Shown: positions 12,321 through 25,228 of the stretch, in pieces | Numbering within the stretch: position 1 is the stretch's first letter | Layout of the letters: each line of letters starts with the position of its first letter | From: Paraphysomonas bandaiensis | Lineage: Eukaryota > Protista > Chrysophyceae | NCBI GenBank assembly: GCA_965644295.1 | Contig: CBFFRP010000563.1 | Coordinates: 2,246 to 66,245, forward strand | Direction of reading: 5' to 3' | DNA length: 64,000 bases | Notes under the pieces: generated by a model | What the model was told of the DNA's origin: nothing | Seen by the model: the letters and a program-made list of their open reading frames with translations, nothing else | Database searches by the model: none | Program-made: the position numbers and the translations under genes

Positions 12321-13389
12321 GGGATCTATTTTTCGACCAAGTCAATTTGGTGGAATTTCCTAGTCACACCAAAATTGGAGTAAAAACCTAGTCAAAAGGT
12401 TAAAAAACCTAGTCATTAAATAATTAGATTTTTAACTTTACAATGACTAGGTTGACTAGGTGGAATAGGGTATTCACCTAGTCAAACGTGGGAGCATACT
12501 CTACAAATATTGCATGCATGCAATATGCAATGTGCATCATATATTTCAGCATCGTATCTTAGGATGGACAAATATCTCATCAGGGGCATCAGAGAACCGA
12601 CGCTGCCATCGAAACCCTTTCTCGCTCTTGTATACCAGCACCAATCCAAGCATATACATATCTCCAGGCACTCGAATTATTGCAAGGACTGCCGCAAATC
12701 CTTTCAGGCATAATGGAGCTTGACAATAATGTTCCCTTACGTTATATAATATATCTCGTACACACCTCTTGTTATGTTTGTTGTGATGCTCTCCGAGCCA
12801 TCAAAATGTTGCGTGGTGTGTGCGCATATCTTATAGTGGTATAATATAGTGGGATGGTATAGTGGTATAATATAGTGGGATGGTATAGTGATGCATAGTA
12901 ATATGGTATGGGTGTATAGTGAGATGGTATATGGGTGTATAGTGAGATGGTATGTGGGTGTATTCTGAGATGGTATAGTGGTGTTTAGTGAGATGGTTAT
13001 AGTTCATACTTGTGAACTGTATGTAATATATATGTGTAGTCGGTGACTTTTATTGCTGTAAAACTGAAGTAATATGGAAGAAATTAGTAAAAAATATTAT
13101 AAATAATACTCTTCACACTGTTATTAACTTCATAGTTATTTATTGTGCATAGTTATACCCTTTTCCGACCATCACCAAAAATTTCACCAGGTTTTACATC
13201 AAAACCCAGGTTTTGGTATTACCTCGACTTTTAGACAGTCGCAATGTGTAATCAATGGATATAAGAACGACTAGGTTTAATACTATATTTGGCTAGGTTG
13301 AGTCATTTATGGCTTTGACTAGGTTTTTACACCGAAAATGGAATGACTAGGAAATTCCACCAAATTGACTAGGTTGAATAATATATCCC
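12321..13389. mobile_element. Non-autonomous Mutator-like (MULE) DNA transposon
   Basis: ~75-bp TIRs (gggatctatttttcgaccaagtcaatttggtggaatttcctagtca / tgactaggaaattccaccaaattgactaggttgaataatatatccc). A perfect 10-bp TSD, attgaacctc, lies at 12311-12320 and 13390-13399. Subterminal cctagtca repeats are present. Confidence 0.9.
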
Positions 13390-14869
13390 ATTGAACCTCC
13401 AGAAAAAGTCTTGAAGTATTGTTTCGAAGTCCAGGTTACGAAGTACTATCACTTGTACTATCATCATATTCTGATCTTCTACATATGTGACGAAAGATGG
13501 GCTATAACTTCGAGTGTTTGAGAATCTACTCTTGAAAGTTGACTTGTAATTGTGGTTCCTAAAATAATGAAGCAATGACTGTCAGTATCAAAATTGAGAT
13601 GAAGATAGGTTTTGTTCGAGCCGAATGGAAGTGGAACGTTTGGTGCTAATATGGGCGTTCTGTTGAACCCAATTCAGGTAAAAACCTCTTTTGTTAGACT
13701 AGAGTGGGAATATATATGTAACGACTACGGGTGATTGAGCCTCGCTATCATGACTAACATTGCTGGTCTTATCATCCCTGTCCATGTGCACAGGTGATGT
13801 GGGGTAGGATAGTCTTCTCACAACACTCTTCACTTAACTTCCTCTTCTTACTCTTTACTTCGCTACTTCTTAACTTTCAACAACTACGATATCAACTTTC
13901 ACTATTATATCTAAAACTCCATATCCTTCTACCTATATCCCCATAGTTAATTCTAGAAGTGGTTTCCCAGCCATAAATAGCTAGTTTTCTACTTCCAGAA
14001 ATAATCATATAAAAATTCCTTAACATCCTGCTATCTACTCCTATATCATCCTACAGAATACCTACGTATACCATCATAATACTGTACGGGTTACCATGAA
14101 CGTCCGTTACATCCGTATGTACGGGTAGTTCCGGTACACTCCAACCCTATATCTGGCCTTAATACTCGTATCTTCTGATCTAATCATAACTACCATCTAC
14201 ATCTCATCTCATACTACAACCTACATCACTTCATCTTATTCTTCAGCCATAACAACCTCCTAAATCACCCATACTTGACATACCCAATTTTGCTACATAT
14301 AGATGCCATTGGTTTGAAACAATGCTTTGATCCATTAACCACTAACAACAAGCGAGCTACAAATAGCTCTACATTATAGGTATTAAGTGCTCAATATTTA
14401 TTTAAGAATAGAGGTAACAACAACCAAGTTAAATTTTACATTGTAATAGCAGTTCGCATCCCAAAGAATAATAATAAAATAACCATAACTCATATAATGA
14501 TAAAATTGTTCTTGTGTGCTGCATGACACAATGTCCAAAATTATGTATCTTAATATAGTGGTCGTATCGCTCTTAATTCATGATGTATGTTCGGAAACAT
14601 ACATCTAAATTAATGAAATTTATGTACAGTGCCAGTAATCTAAAATCCACTGAAACTCGATTGCTTATACTCAGCAATAAGTTACAGTGTCGGAAATACT
14701 GCAGAAAAAGTTTTAGAATTTGAAGTCTCGTCAACTTGAGATGAAACTAGGGGTGAAGATGACCCGACCTTGTACTGTCAACATATAGAAAAGTTAGACC
14801 AGCGTTCGGCTATATAAGAAGTGCCAGAAAAATATACGTAATTTTCAAGCACAAACATCTGATAATACG

Positions 14870-15554
14870 TTAAGTATTACACAAACAGTGATAACAGTGA
14901 TTTACCATATTCACAATGAGAATAATTGTTATTGTTACCTTACTCGCCCCATCAATATGTGTTCTTTTCCCACTTATATCTGGAAATCTTGTGAATGCTG
15001 GTTTATTATTCACAGGGGGTAATTGAGGTAAGACTTTATGAGGACATCGCCCATTAGGAGGATTTGAATACTCTGATAGAGGAATATCAATCTTTAATTC
15101 CAAAATATCTTTGGTAACTTTAGGTACTGATTTGGGACGTCTAAATGACATCACTGGTGATATATTCTGCGATAGTTGTGATGATAACATACATGTTGGT
15201 TGAAGAAGTATTTATGTTTGTAAAATCAAATGCGGTTGTCGGCTCGTTAGTATTCTTATATATCTTCTTCCATACAGCTTCATTAGATGGGGAATCAGAT
15301 GATGATGATGATGATGATATTGTATGTATTGTATGACGTCTTTGTTTATGTGTATGTGTATGTGTATGTGTATGTCTGTGTTTGTGTGAAGGTGTCTCTG
15401 TATGTGTGTGTGTATGTGTGTGTGTATGTATGTGTGTATGGGATGCAGTCGGTGTGCGTATATCGTCCGAGTTATCTCCAATAAATAATTCTTTCATATT
15501 ATTTCCATTATATTCAATTTCATTTAAGTGTAGCATCTTATGTTTACTTTCCAT
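14870..15554 (-). CDS. Hypothetical low-complexity protein (His-Thr repeat, poly-Ser), frameshifted or spliced
   Basis: Overlapping ORFs 15141-15554 and 14870-15190 in different frames, a donor after ASK, and a plausible further exon near 14775. No recognisable domain. Confidence 0.3.
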
Positions 15555-18264
15555 ATCTGATTAATTGTCTAGCATTGTGAGATATAGATGGATATGTGTG
15601 TGTATGTATGTATGCTCTGCTGTTTACTTGGAAACTAAACTCCGTTGAGTTGACGGTTAATGGAGCCTTTATATCCAATCATTTTAATATAGTCGTATAT
15701 GATTTGATAATAACAGCACGTCAGATATTTCTTTTTGTTAAGAATTAGGGAAATATTGGGTCATAAATATCTGGATTTTTTTGTTTTGTAGAGGAATGGG
15801 TTATAAATATCACGGATTTTCGAACAAAAACCAGGTTATATAGAGCAATATGGAAATACATGTAGAGAGTATGTATCCTCCCTCGTTGCATATAGAAGAA
15901 GATATGCAGAGAATATATCTCACATCTCTCATTATATACAACTGCAGCAGTTTTGTATAGAGGTCCTGTGATGAAGCTGCATCTAAACTATGCCTGGTGT
16001 AATAAGGGAGTGTCTGATCTCATCCACTGGGTTTTCGATAGCTTAGTTTTTAGGAGGTGGCGGGAAGTACTCCAAAAAACCCTACTAAAAGTTTAAAAAT
16101 ATGCTATTTACTGGAAAAAATCCATTCAAAACACAATTTCCTGGATTTTCGAAGTACAGTGTATAATTATCCAGAAATCCAGCAAAGAAAAAATGTGGTA
16201 TAAATATTGGAGACTATTCCAAAAATGAAGGATTTTCATATATTTCTTAAAGATTTTTTCATTTTATCAATCAAAATATTGTGATTTTAACACAATATAA
16301 ATTATAAAATACGGAATATTTCGTTAAATGGGGGCTTTTATAAGGCATTGCATTAATATCCTCGTAAGATCAATACATGCATCTGTCTCACGCAGTCAAG
16401 CAAGCAACTCAATACAAAGTAATCTATCAAACCACTCTATGCAACTCCTTATATGATTCTAATGATTTGTTTCATTCCCATATGAACTGCATCTTTACAG
16501 TTATGAAGATGGTCGTCTAAGATGTGGGAATATGCATGAAAGTGCATACTGGTATGCAATTGACGTTACTCTCATGCACTATACTGTACCAGGCCTCTTA
16601 ATACTGAAGTCTTTTAATGATATTATGATGCTCAGATGCATGATCTATCCACATACAATGCACCATGCATGAGCCGTTTCTACTCTTATTCTTTATAGAT
16701 TTATGAAGTTTCAATCCCATGTCGCTATGAGTCTGCGACAGCTCTACAGTCTTCTCTTTTTCTTCCTTCAATCACCAGAGTCTACATTTTGCTTCAGAGG
16801 AGGGGCTTCAAAGTCATCGTCTGGCTTTTCTAAATGCATGTTTATCTCAGAAAAGTGATGCACAACAATACGAAGACGTGTGTATACTCAAATTAGTCAT
16901 AGTATTGGGCATATAATGAGCAATAGTTGAGAGTATATCTACAGGTCAGATGAGGTCTTTCGCAGGTGTGGTGTGCCGGCGTATCTAAATCGACCCCTCC
17001 TCCCCAACCAGAACTTATCACCATCAATACTGCGAATCAGTTAAAAGTAAGAGCACCATCGTGTCAAGCACCATAAATCGCCGCATGGCGCTATGAGCAA
17101 TGACCATCTCCAAATACTCCAATTTAATTAAAGTGACTGTGATTTACAGTCATCTGAGAGTGGGGAAATCCACCTATGTAAGAAAACAAAAACGGAAACG
17201 AGGCCGAAAATCTCGTAAGGCGTTCACTTTGAAGATATATATCAAAACATCTAGATTATAAATTATATCTACTGTTGGTCATTTGAAACGAAATATGGTT
17301 CAAAGCATAACATTTCCAGTGATACTTTTACTGTCATCAGATATACGGTGACTTCTATTTAAGTGCATCTGAAAAGTGAAAAGTAATCAGCCAAGTTTGA
17401 TACCCGTCTTCCTAGTCTGTTCCTGTTGTCATTTAAAAAAATTATACGTAATAGTTTTACATTCTTTATGCAATGTACTGATGCTTTGATCATTGCAATA
17501 TAACAGTCTGGTGACTGTTTATGCACATATTAGTTCTCAAAACAAGATGTTAACCACTGATTAGAAATAATTATAATTTTATTTAACATTTCAGAACATA
17601 TTCATTTTGTTACATCTGTTTTACTTCACATTGTCATATGTTGACAATCAACACACAACACACTATTTTGGTATCAAAACCTACAATCAAAGTAATGAAT
17701 TATTCAAAATCTGCATTCTTTAGGTATGGCTAGGTGAAAATAACATAAACAGCTACTCAACCTAGTCTTATTGTAAACGAAAAATATAAACTCACTAATG
17801 ACGTTGAGTATCATATATGTCAATAGTTGACGTAAATGTACTTTGAACTTACGCCATTACCGCATCAGGGCAACTACATACACTTTTACTACAATAACCA
17901 ATGGCGTTACGGTACTAATACTTAGTCATAGATGCCACTTACTTCCAAGTACAAATTATAATGGTTTGCAAAGGTAGTATACATGTATACACTGCGCTTC
18001 AGAATTGGCATAGGTAAGACATACGTAACAAAAATTGATAAGACAGAAGAAATTATTACATTTCGATATGATTTCGTTCTATCTTTGGCAGCCCCTTCAA
18101 AATAGTAACGATAGTGACTTTTGCGTAATAATATCAGCTCAAAGAAAAATAGCACAGCACGACATTGTTTGCCGTGTCTCTATAGAAAACTATCACATAC
18201 ACTAACACAAGTACTGGTGTAAATAGATACTATCGTATAATATCATAATATACCAACACATGAC

Positions 18265-21200
18265 TTAGTCGTACAAGTTGTGTTCCTGTGCGAATTCCTC
18301 ATCATCTGTGTCAAGCTCTTCGCCTTCCTTAATCTTCTTCTTCAAAATCTTGATCTTGGCCTTCTGGTCACGCTTGGAAAGAGTCTTCTTGACCTTCACC
18401 TCACTGACGTTTCCGAGAGCATCGGTCATCTCGGTGATAATCTGGGTATCCGAGATCTTGTCGTCCTGTCTGTTCATCCATCCCACTTCGCCCTTGGTGG
18501 TCAAGTGGCCAGCGTCCATCACCCACTCCTCAGGACAGAGGGTAGACACAAACTCGTTGTTGTGGGAAATGATAACGACACCACCCTCGAACTCCTCAAT
18601 GGCCTTAGCGAGGGCACCCAACGACTCTCTGTCGAGGTAGTTGGTAGGCTCGTCAAGAATGAGAATATGGGGCTGGTTCCACATGGCAGCGGCGATCACA
18701 ACCTTGACCTTCTGTCCACCAGAGAGGGCAGACATACGGTAGTGGGTCGCGAACTCGGCACCAAGACCACAGTCACCAAGGTGCTTCTCGACATTGGCGG
18801 AAGAGAGAGTGCGGACATAAAGACCGGCTCTCTGGGCAAGTCTGGCATCAATGGCCTTGCAGCCCTTGGACCATCCACGTCTGGTAAGAGCCTCAACAGT
18901 AACCCAGCCCTCTTCACCACCCTTGAACTTCACCTCGTACTCAGTCTTCTTGTCCTTGTTCTCACGTCTGTTTCCAACAAGCTCAGAGACAACCTTCATG
19001 GCCTTGCGCTGAGTTCCATCATCATCCTTCCAGGAGTGCTCAAAGGGCTCGCTCTGGAGCTTCTTCTCCTCCTCGGTGAGAACCATCGAAACTTTAACGA
19101 GAGACTCCTTGTCCTCCCCATTGGCGTATCTCCAACGAATGTACTCGTTAGGAGTCTTGTTGAGGTGATTCTCAATGTGGTGGAAAGCATGCTGAGCGAC
19201 ATATGCAATACGGGCATTGGGGTGCTTCCAGACCTCTCCAGTCTGAGGAACCACTTCTCCAGTGAGCACCTTAATCATGGTGGACTTTCCGGCACCATTC
19301 TCTCCGACGCACCCCACACGAGAGGCCATGGACACCTGAACGCTGATGTCGAAGAGAGTAGGAGTGGTGTTGCCAGGGTAGGTGAAGTCACAGTGGGACA
19401 TCTTCATGAGGGCCTTGGAACGAGACTTGACACCCTCAATAGGACCAGGCTGAGGGAAGCTGAACTTAAGCTTGGACTCCTTAAGACTGAAGTAGCTCAT
19501 TGCCTCAGGGTTCTTGGCGATGAAGCTATCGAGGTTGCCCTTGTACTGGTGCAACTTGAGGCGGTCGATCTGAAGGATGTTGGTACAGCAGTCATTCAAG
19601 AAACCAGAGTCGTGGGACACCATGATGGCAGTCACGTTGGTGAGAGAGTTGATGTAGTTCTTAACCCAGGCCACGTTGATGACGTCCAAGTGGTTAGTAG
19701 GTTCATCGAGGAGCAGAATATCTGCCCTCTGAAGCATGGCACGAGCCATAGCGAGCTTCATTCTCCATCCACCAGAAAGAGATGACACGGGGTTATTGGG
19801 CTTGGCCTTACCGTTCTCAGTGAACCCGACATTAGCCATGGTAGCGAGAACCTCCTCACGGGAGAGTCCAGCCAAGCGAGGGTCCTGCATGATGTAGTCC
19901 ACGCAAGAAAGATGGGAAAGCTCACCAAGGATATCAGCCTCCACGAACACAGTGCGCACCTGAGAGGAATCAGGGAATCCCTCTACAGATCCGTTGGCGA
20001 TGGATCTCATGAGGGTGGTCTTTCCAGAATCGTTACCACCCAGAAGACCATACTTGGCACCTCTCTTGAGACGCATGTTCGTGTTGTGAAGAAGAATCTT
20101 GGTACCGTAGGCAAGGGTAAACTGACAGTTGCAGAGCTCCTCGGCATCGTCGTCATCATCATCGTTGGCAGTCTCAATCTTGATCATCTCCTTACACACG
20201 GGGATCAGGCCCTCGACAGCAGCTGCGGCGGCTGAGTCGCCGATAAGCACTGCGAGCTGAGAGGAGACATCAGACCACTGCTCAACGTCGAAATGCTTCA
20301 CTCCCATAAGAGAGCACACCAAAGAGGCGATGTGCTTGAGTGCAACCTCTCCCTCGGCGGGGACACCAGACACCTTTTCCTTGAGGGCAGTGAGAACAAG
20401 GTCGTAGTTAATACCCTTGGTAACTATGCTCTTAACAAGATCATTGAGGCGGTTAAGCTGGAAAGAAGCACGCTCAGAGACAGCGCGGGCCTCAGGATCA
20501 GACATAGCATCGGCAGATCTCTCGAGGGCAGGCATAAGCTCGGGAAGAAAGGGAGCAGCATCAAGAGGGTCATCGACAAGCTTAGACATGTTGTCAATGA
20601 TGACAGCAGACTGACGACGTGTAGCGGTGACACGACTCTTGAGACCACGAAGCAACAGGGGCACAACCATGGCAAGAGCAGGGGATTGCACAGACTGGAC
20701 GAAGGTGACGCCAGCAAGGGCATGCATAATCTCAGGGACCTCCTCAGGATTAGTGATAGACTTGAGGATGTGAGATGTCATGTGCTCAATATCTCTGTTT
20801 CCGATAACGTCACAGGCGGCAGACATGGCAGCGTAAGCAGCCTCGCTAACCTCCTTCTTCGTGTCAGTCATGCACGCAGTCACCTCAGGCACAACCTGTG
20901 GCAGGGCATTTCCGAGCTGCTCAGGAGCGTGGTCGCCAAAACTGGCGATGACATTGAGAGCCAGCACACGGCAGTTCCAGTTCTCCTCAATCTGAGCAGC
21001 AGCAAAGCAGTACTGAAGCACTTCACGAACAGAGTTAGCGCAAATGTTTGAGGTGATGGCCTTCACAGAGTCAGCGGCGGCCTTACGAATAGCGCCCTGC
21101 TTGCAGCCAGAAGCCTTAAAGAGAACAGACAGACTGGCGCACAGGTGAGCCTCAGCAGACTGCATGCAGTTGTTGGCCAGCACAGTGTACACACCACATG

Positions 21201-21375
21201 CATCTACAGTGGCAGACACGTCGCCCTTGCCGGTCTTTGAGACCTGAGCATCGAGCTTAGCGATGAGAGGAGGAAGAACCTTCCAGTCCCCCTTAACAGA
21301 AGAGATAAGAGCTGACTCATTCTCAGGGCTCAAGGAGAGGTTCTTCATTAGCTGGTTAACGTCAAAAGCGGCCAT
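18265..21375 (-). CDS. eEF3: Translation elongation factor 3 (HEAT repeats, two ABC domains, chromodomain-like insert), intronless
   Basis: ELCNCQFTLAYGTKILL, LSGGWRMKLA, LLDEPTNHLD, GENGAGKST, AYVAQHAFHHIE, LSGGQKVKVVIAAAMW..LDEPTNYLDRESLGALA, and a basic C-terminal tail. ATG at 21375 (MAAFD). Strong codon bias. Confidence 0.95.
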   Translation of the reverse strand: MAAFDVNQLMKNLSLSPENESALISSVKGDWKVLPPLIAKLDAQVSKTGKGDVSATVDACGVYTVLANNCMQSAEAHLCASLSVLFKASGCKQGAIRKAAADSVKAITSNICANSVREVLQYCFAAAQIEENWNCRVLALNVIASFGDHAPEQLGNALPQVVPEVTACMTDTKKEVSEAAYAAMSAACDVIGNRDIEHMTSHILKSITNPEEVPEIMHALAGVTFVQSVQSPALAMVVPLLLRGLKSRVTATRRQSAVIIDNMSKLVDDPLDAAPFLPELMPALERSADAMSDPEARAVSERASFQLNRLNDLVKSIVTKGINYDLVLTALKEKVSGVPAEGEVALKHIASLVCSLMGVKHFDVEQWSDVSSQLAVLIGDSAAAAAVEGLIPVCKEMIKIETANDDDDDDAEELCNCQFTLAYGTKILLHNTNMRLKRGAKYGLLGGNDSGKTTLMRSIANGSVEGFPDSSQVRTVFVEADILGELSHLSCVDYIMQDPRLAGLSREEVLATMANVGFTENGKAKPNNPVSSLSGGWRMKLAMARAMLQRADILLLDEPTNHLDVINVAWVKNYINSLTNVTAIMVSHDSGFLNDCCTNILQIDRLKLHQYKGNLDSFIAKNPEAMSYFSLKESKLKFSFPQPGPIEGVKSRSKALMKMSHCDFTYPGNTTPTLFDISVQVSMASRVGCVGENGAGKSTMIKVLTGEVVPQTGEVWKHPNARIAYVAQHAFHHIENHLNKTPNEYIRWRYANGEDKESLVKVSMVLTEEEKKLQSEPFEHSWKDDDGTQRKAMKVVSELVGNRRENKDKKTEYEVKFKGGEEGWVTVEALTRRGWSKGCKAIDARLAQRAGLYVRTLSSANVEKHLGDCGLGAEFATHYRMSALSGGQKVKVVIAAAMWNQPHILILDEPTNYLDRESLGALAKAIEEFEGGVVIISHNNEFVSTLCPEEWVMDAGHLTTKGEVGWMNRQDDKISDTQIITEMTDALGNVSEVKVKKTLSKRDQKAKIKILKKKIKEGEELDTDDEEFAQEHNLYD

Positions 21376-21799
21376 GATAATATAGCTGTTGTGCTTTTGA
21401 CTTACGATATATGTCACTATAAAGGGGCGAAATAATGAATGAAACTGAGAACTTTATGTTTTGAATCGTACGATAGAATTGAATGGCTACGACATCACAT
21501 CCATTCAATTTATCACTTGCGCTAGTTGACCGTTACGGTATCCAATCATATCGCTTCATTGTATCAGATGCGATTATGGTTCGTCAGTGGAAAGCACAGT
21601 ATTTTTGTAGGAAAGTATTTTTGTGTTCTAAAAAAAAGGATATTCTCAAAAATATCGGATTTATATGTTTTTTGTTGGGAATTTCCTGTATGTATTTTTA
21701 TGTACGTTGTGTGTATGGTCTATGTACGATGAGCTACATACGTTTTATGTACGTACACAGCAGTGCAACAGTACGTACAGCTGTATACTTGTGGATAGA

Positions 21800-22100
21800 G
21801 TGGTACATATGTATATATACAGCAGTATGTGTGTACTCTGTACAGTAGTACATATGTATAGAGTGTACAGCAGTACATATATATACATCTACTGTATAGG
21901 TAGAGTATGTGTGTACAGCAGTACATATATCTACTTCTACTGTATAGGTAGAGTATGTGCGTGTACAGCAGTACATATATATACATCTACTGTATAGGTA
22001 GAGTATGTGCGTACAGCAGTACATATATATACATCTACTGCTGTATAGGTAGAGTACAGCAGTACATACGTACATGTACAGTATATACAACGGTACATAT
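21800..22100. repeat. ~46-bp imperfect minisatellite upstream of eEF3
   Basis: gtacagcagtacatatatatacatctactgtataggtagagtatgtg repeated about 4-5 times. Confidence 0.85.
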
Positions 22101-23449
22101 ATATAGAATTTTCAGAACCCCCTTAGGTTCATTCAATGGATTTTGGTGCTGGATTTTCATTTACTGGATTTTTCAGAAAATCTACGGGCTGAAAAACCAC
22201 TATATTTGGGTAATCCAGCTAAGGCCGTTCCTTAGGACATGTCAAAATCAAAAAAATGGTATTATTTTGACAGTGGGGTGCGTTTAATAGGTATAGCACA
22301 TCCTACCGAACGATTGCCACATCCGGTATACGTGTATTTAACGCATATAGTGTATGTATAATCGAATCCAGCACTTCTCAAAAATCCAGTGAATTGTCTA
22401 CACAAAACTAAATTCACTGGATTTTTTCCAGCAAATGAGCATATTTTTATTTTTCGCGTTCGGTATTTTCAAAATCCAGTGTATTTGGACAAAATCCATC
22501 ACTTTTTTGGTCTAATTATTAAAAAATATATATACAACTGCTGAACGCTGATTGGCTAGTCACTGCATTTTTGGTCTGTGGCTGTTGAGTTGGTTGAAGG
22601 CTCTTCCTATAGGCCTCTACGTGAATCTTCCTGAAGGTGGATATCTCCACAAAATTGGCGAAATGTTGCTGAATTTTCTGTAGAATATTGTTCTTTGTTC
22701 TCTGCTGTGTCTCTAGATAGTTCATAGAATGTAAATGGTTCTGTATGAGTTGTTTGTTTCTGTGTACTGTCCTTGTTATGTTACAAGCCTAGCTTTTAAC
22801 ACGTTTAGAGAGGTGTCCCTAAATAAGTGCTTGAGGGTGCTCAGACAGTTGTAAGACATAGTAATAAGCACATTCATCTTCACATTTTGCCTCTTGTTGT
22901 TATATTTACACACTCATTTTTATATACATAGCTTTTGAAATGTACATAAGATTTTTATTTAGAGCATATTTCTCGCGTCTTGTTTTATTAATTTCATTTT
23001 TATTTTTTCCCAATAACCTTTTTGAAATTCCTTCATGCTGCTCGTGGAATAACCTGATCTACTTTTATTACAGCAGTTTTTATCCCGCTGAATATAGTGA
23101 TCCTCGATTGCTGCTGCATTGTAATCACTTAAACTGGGTGTTACTATTGTAACTTAAATCTCGCTTTTAAGATCATTACATTCTTGAAATAAATCGAAGA
23201 CTTTTTGTATTCATTATAAGCTGATAGGTGAATGGAGAGACGCTCTTTTACGGATAGCGAGGTTTTTCCATAGTATGTTTTATCTGTGTTTTTCTCCGGT
23301 AATTTTGTATACAAAGAAATTTTTCATATTTTGTTTTATTATAGTCAAGAAAGAATAAACGAATTTAGTTATTTTATGTATGAAAATCGACATTATTTAC
23401 AGTTTTTATTAGGATGGTTTCAGACTATGGTTTAGTCTGTTGCCTTCTA

Positions 23450-24448
23450 CTAGCTATAATCGCTGCAGGTGGGGGTATCAGGCCGCCCAAAGTCTGCGCT
23501 GATGCAATCTTGCATTGACACCGAGTAAGCCAAGGATAAAGCAGACTTGAGGTTACTGCAACGGTCGGCTGAAATCGAAAACAGCAAAGGAACCTCGCTG
23601 ACTCGATTGAGGTGCACTACGACAAAACACGAAACAAAATTGGTGAGTAGCACCGGTGGAGTGCGGTAATTGTTGTCCCCACATAGACCCAATAACTCGG
23701 TGCAAGCTTCACGTAGGCCAGAGTGCAGATCACTGGGGTGTGTCAAATCTTTTTTAATCTCAATGGCAAACAAAACGTTATGGCGAGCAATTTCACCAGG
23801 GGGGTCTGCATCCATAATAACGATATCGGTTCTCCCTCGAACTTCTCCCCTGTATAGTACTTTCCCCTTCTTCTTATTGAATATATCGTATTCACGCAGA
23901 GAGAAGATGGGTGTACTGAATAGAAGACCGTCCGCCAACCTTTGACCATTCCCAACAGCAGCACTCACCAATTGCACCTTTGTACTCAAACCGATGAATT
24001 CCTTGAAAGCCGCGCAGAATGGATCATACACAGATACTTCATCTGTGCAACCTTCCGACCACGCCCATTTAAAGTTAAACCGCGAGAAATATTTTTCTGA
24101 TGTGTAAATATCACTGCTGAGAACGGGGAAATCGATTTTGAGACGGCCCAGTAGAGCTCTCAGATTCTTCTCTTTGGTTTGGGAATCCGCTGACGGTGTC
24201 AAGACAATGTGAAGCACTGTGGCTGGTAGCTGAGATAAAACCTGATGGAGTGCCAAGTTTTGTCCCTGCTGGTTGCGTTCCACCTCCTGCTGGTGTCGTA
24301 ACTGCTTGCGTTTCATCTCCTGCTGGTGTCGTAACTGCTTGCGTTCCATCTCCTGCTGAAGTTGTAGCACCCTCTGCTGATGTCGAAGATTTAATCCAGC
24401 AACGAGAGTGATTAATCCAACAACGATATAAAACTGCCAGTCATCCAT
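23450..24448 (-). CDS. Crinkler-like PD-(D/E)xK restriction-endonuclease-fold protein with N-terminal TM and short coiled-coil repeats
   Basis: Intronless 332-aa ORF. WQFYIVVGLITLVAGL hydrophobic segment and 33-bp repeats encoding RHQQEMxRKQL. GRTDIVI..FAIEIKK..EACTELLG..PVLLTNF resembles CRN C-terminal REase domains. Confidence 0.6.
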   Translation of the reverse strand: MDDWQFYIVVGLITLVAGLNLRHQQRVLQLQQEMERKQLRHQQEMKRKQLRHQQEVERNQQGQNLALHQVLSQLPATVLHIVLTPSADSQTKEKNLRALLGRLKIDFPVLSSDIYTSEKYFSRFNFKWAWSEGCTDEVSVYDPFCAAFKEFIGLSTKVQLVSAAVGNGQRLADGLLFSTPIFSLREYDIFNKKKGKVLYRGEVRGRTDIVIMDADPPGEIARHNVLFAIEIKKDLTHPSDLHSGLREACTELLGLCGDNNYRTPPVLLTNFVSCFVVVHLNRVSEVPLLFSISADRCSNLKSALSLAYSVSMQDCISADFGRPDTPTCSDYS

Positions 24449-24484
24449 TCACTCAATTCGACTTGTGAGATTAGAAAACATACA

Positions 24485-24592
24485 TATGTATGTATATATG
24501 TATGTATGTATGTAGGTATGTATGTATGTATGTAGGTATGTATGTATGTATGTATGTATGTATGTATGTATGTAGGTATGTATGTATGTATG

Positions 24593-24626
<34 letters not shown>

Positions 24627-24992
24627 TGTATGTATGTATGTATGTATGTATGTACATATATATGTATGTAGGTATGTATGTAGGTATGTATGTATGTATA
24701 TATGTATGTATGTATGTAGGTATGTATGTATGTATGTATGTATGTATGTATGTATGTATGTATGTATGTATGTATGTATGTATGTATATATGTATGTATG
24801 CATGTAGGTATGTATGTATGTATGTATGTATGTATGTATGTATGTATGTATGTATGTATGTATGTATGTATGTATGTATGTATGTATGCATGTATGTATG
24901 TATGTATGTATGTATGTATGTATGTATGTATGTATGTATGTATGTATGTATGTATGTATGTATGTATGTATGTATGTATGTATGTATGTATG
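24485..24992. repeat. (TATG)n microsatellite, ~500 bp
   Basis: Direct observation. Confidence 0.98.
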
Positions 24993-25041
24993 GACTGCAT
25001 ATGTGAAGCTCTATGGGTTTTTTCCTCATCTAAAAACCCCT

Positions 25042-25137
25042 AGTGTGAAGCCAAAAGCTTCACATATGCCTCGAATACGGACAAATATATAGTAGATAAT
25101 CATATTCAATGCATATGTGAAGCTTTAGGCTTCACAC
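25042..25137. repeat. 27-bp inverted repeat pair, each arm itself a hairpin
   Basis: gtgtgaagccaaaagcttcacatatgc ... gcatatgtgaagctttaggcttcacac (1 mismatch). A third partial copy lies at ~24998. Confidence 0.75.
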
Positions 25138-25228
25138 AAAAACTGGCACTTTTATATAATAAAAATACTATTTTACAGGGAAATAGCCACTTTACGCTGT
25201 TAGAATACTCTACTATTCTCCTCGAACA

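Noticed and set aside
18278-21051. Long plus-strand ORFs (501 aa, 252 aa) opposite eEF3
   Set aside because: Antisense shadows of a codon-biased gene, with no motifs.
22130-22510. Clusters of ctggatttt/aaaatccag motifs (also 15770-16190) as a MITE
   Set aside because: No definable TIR ends or TSD; probably old transposon subterminal relics.
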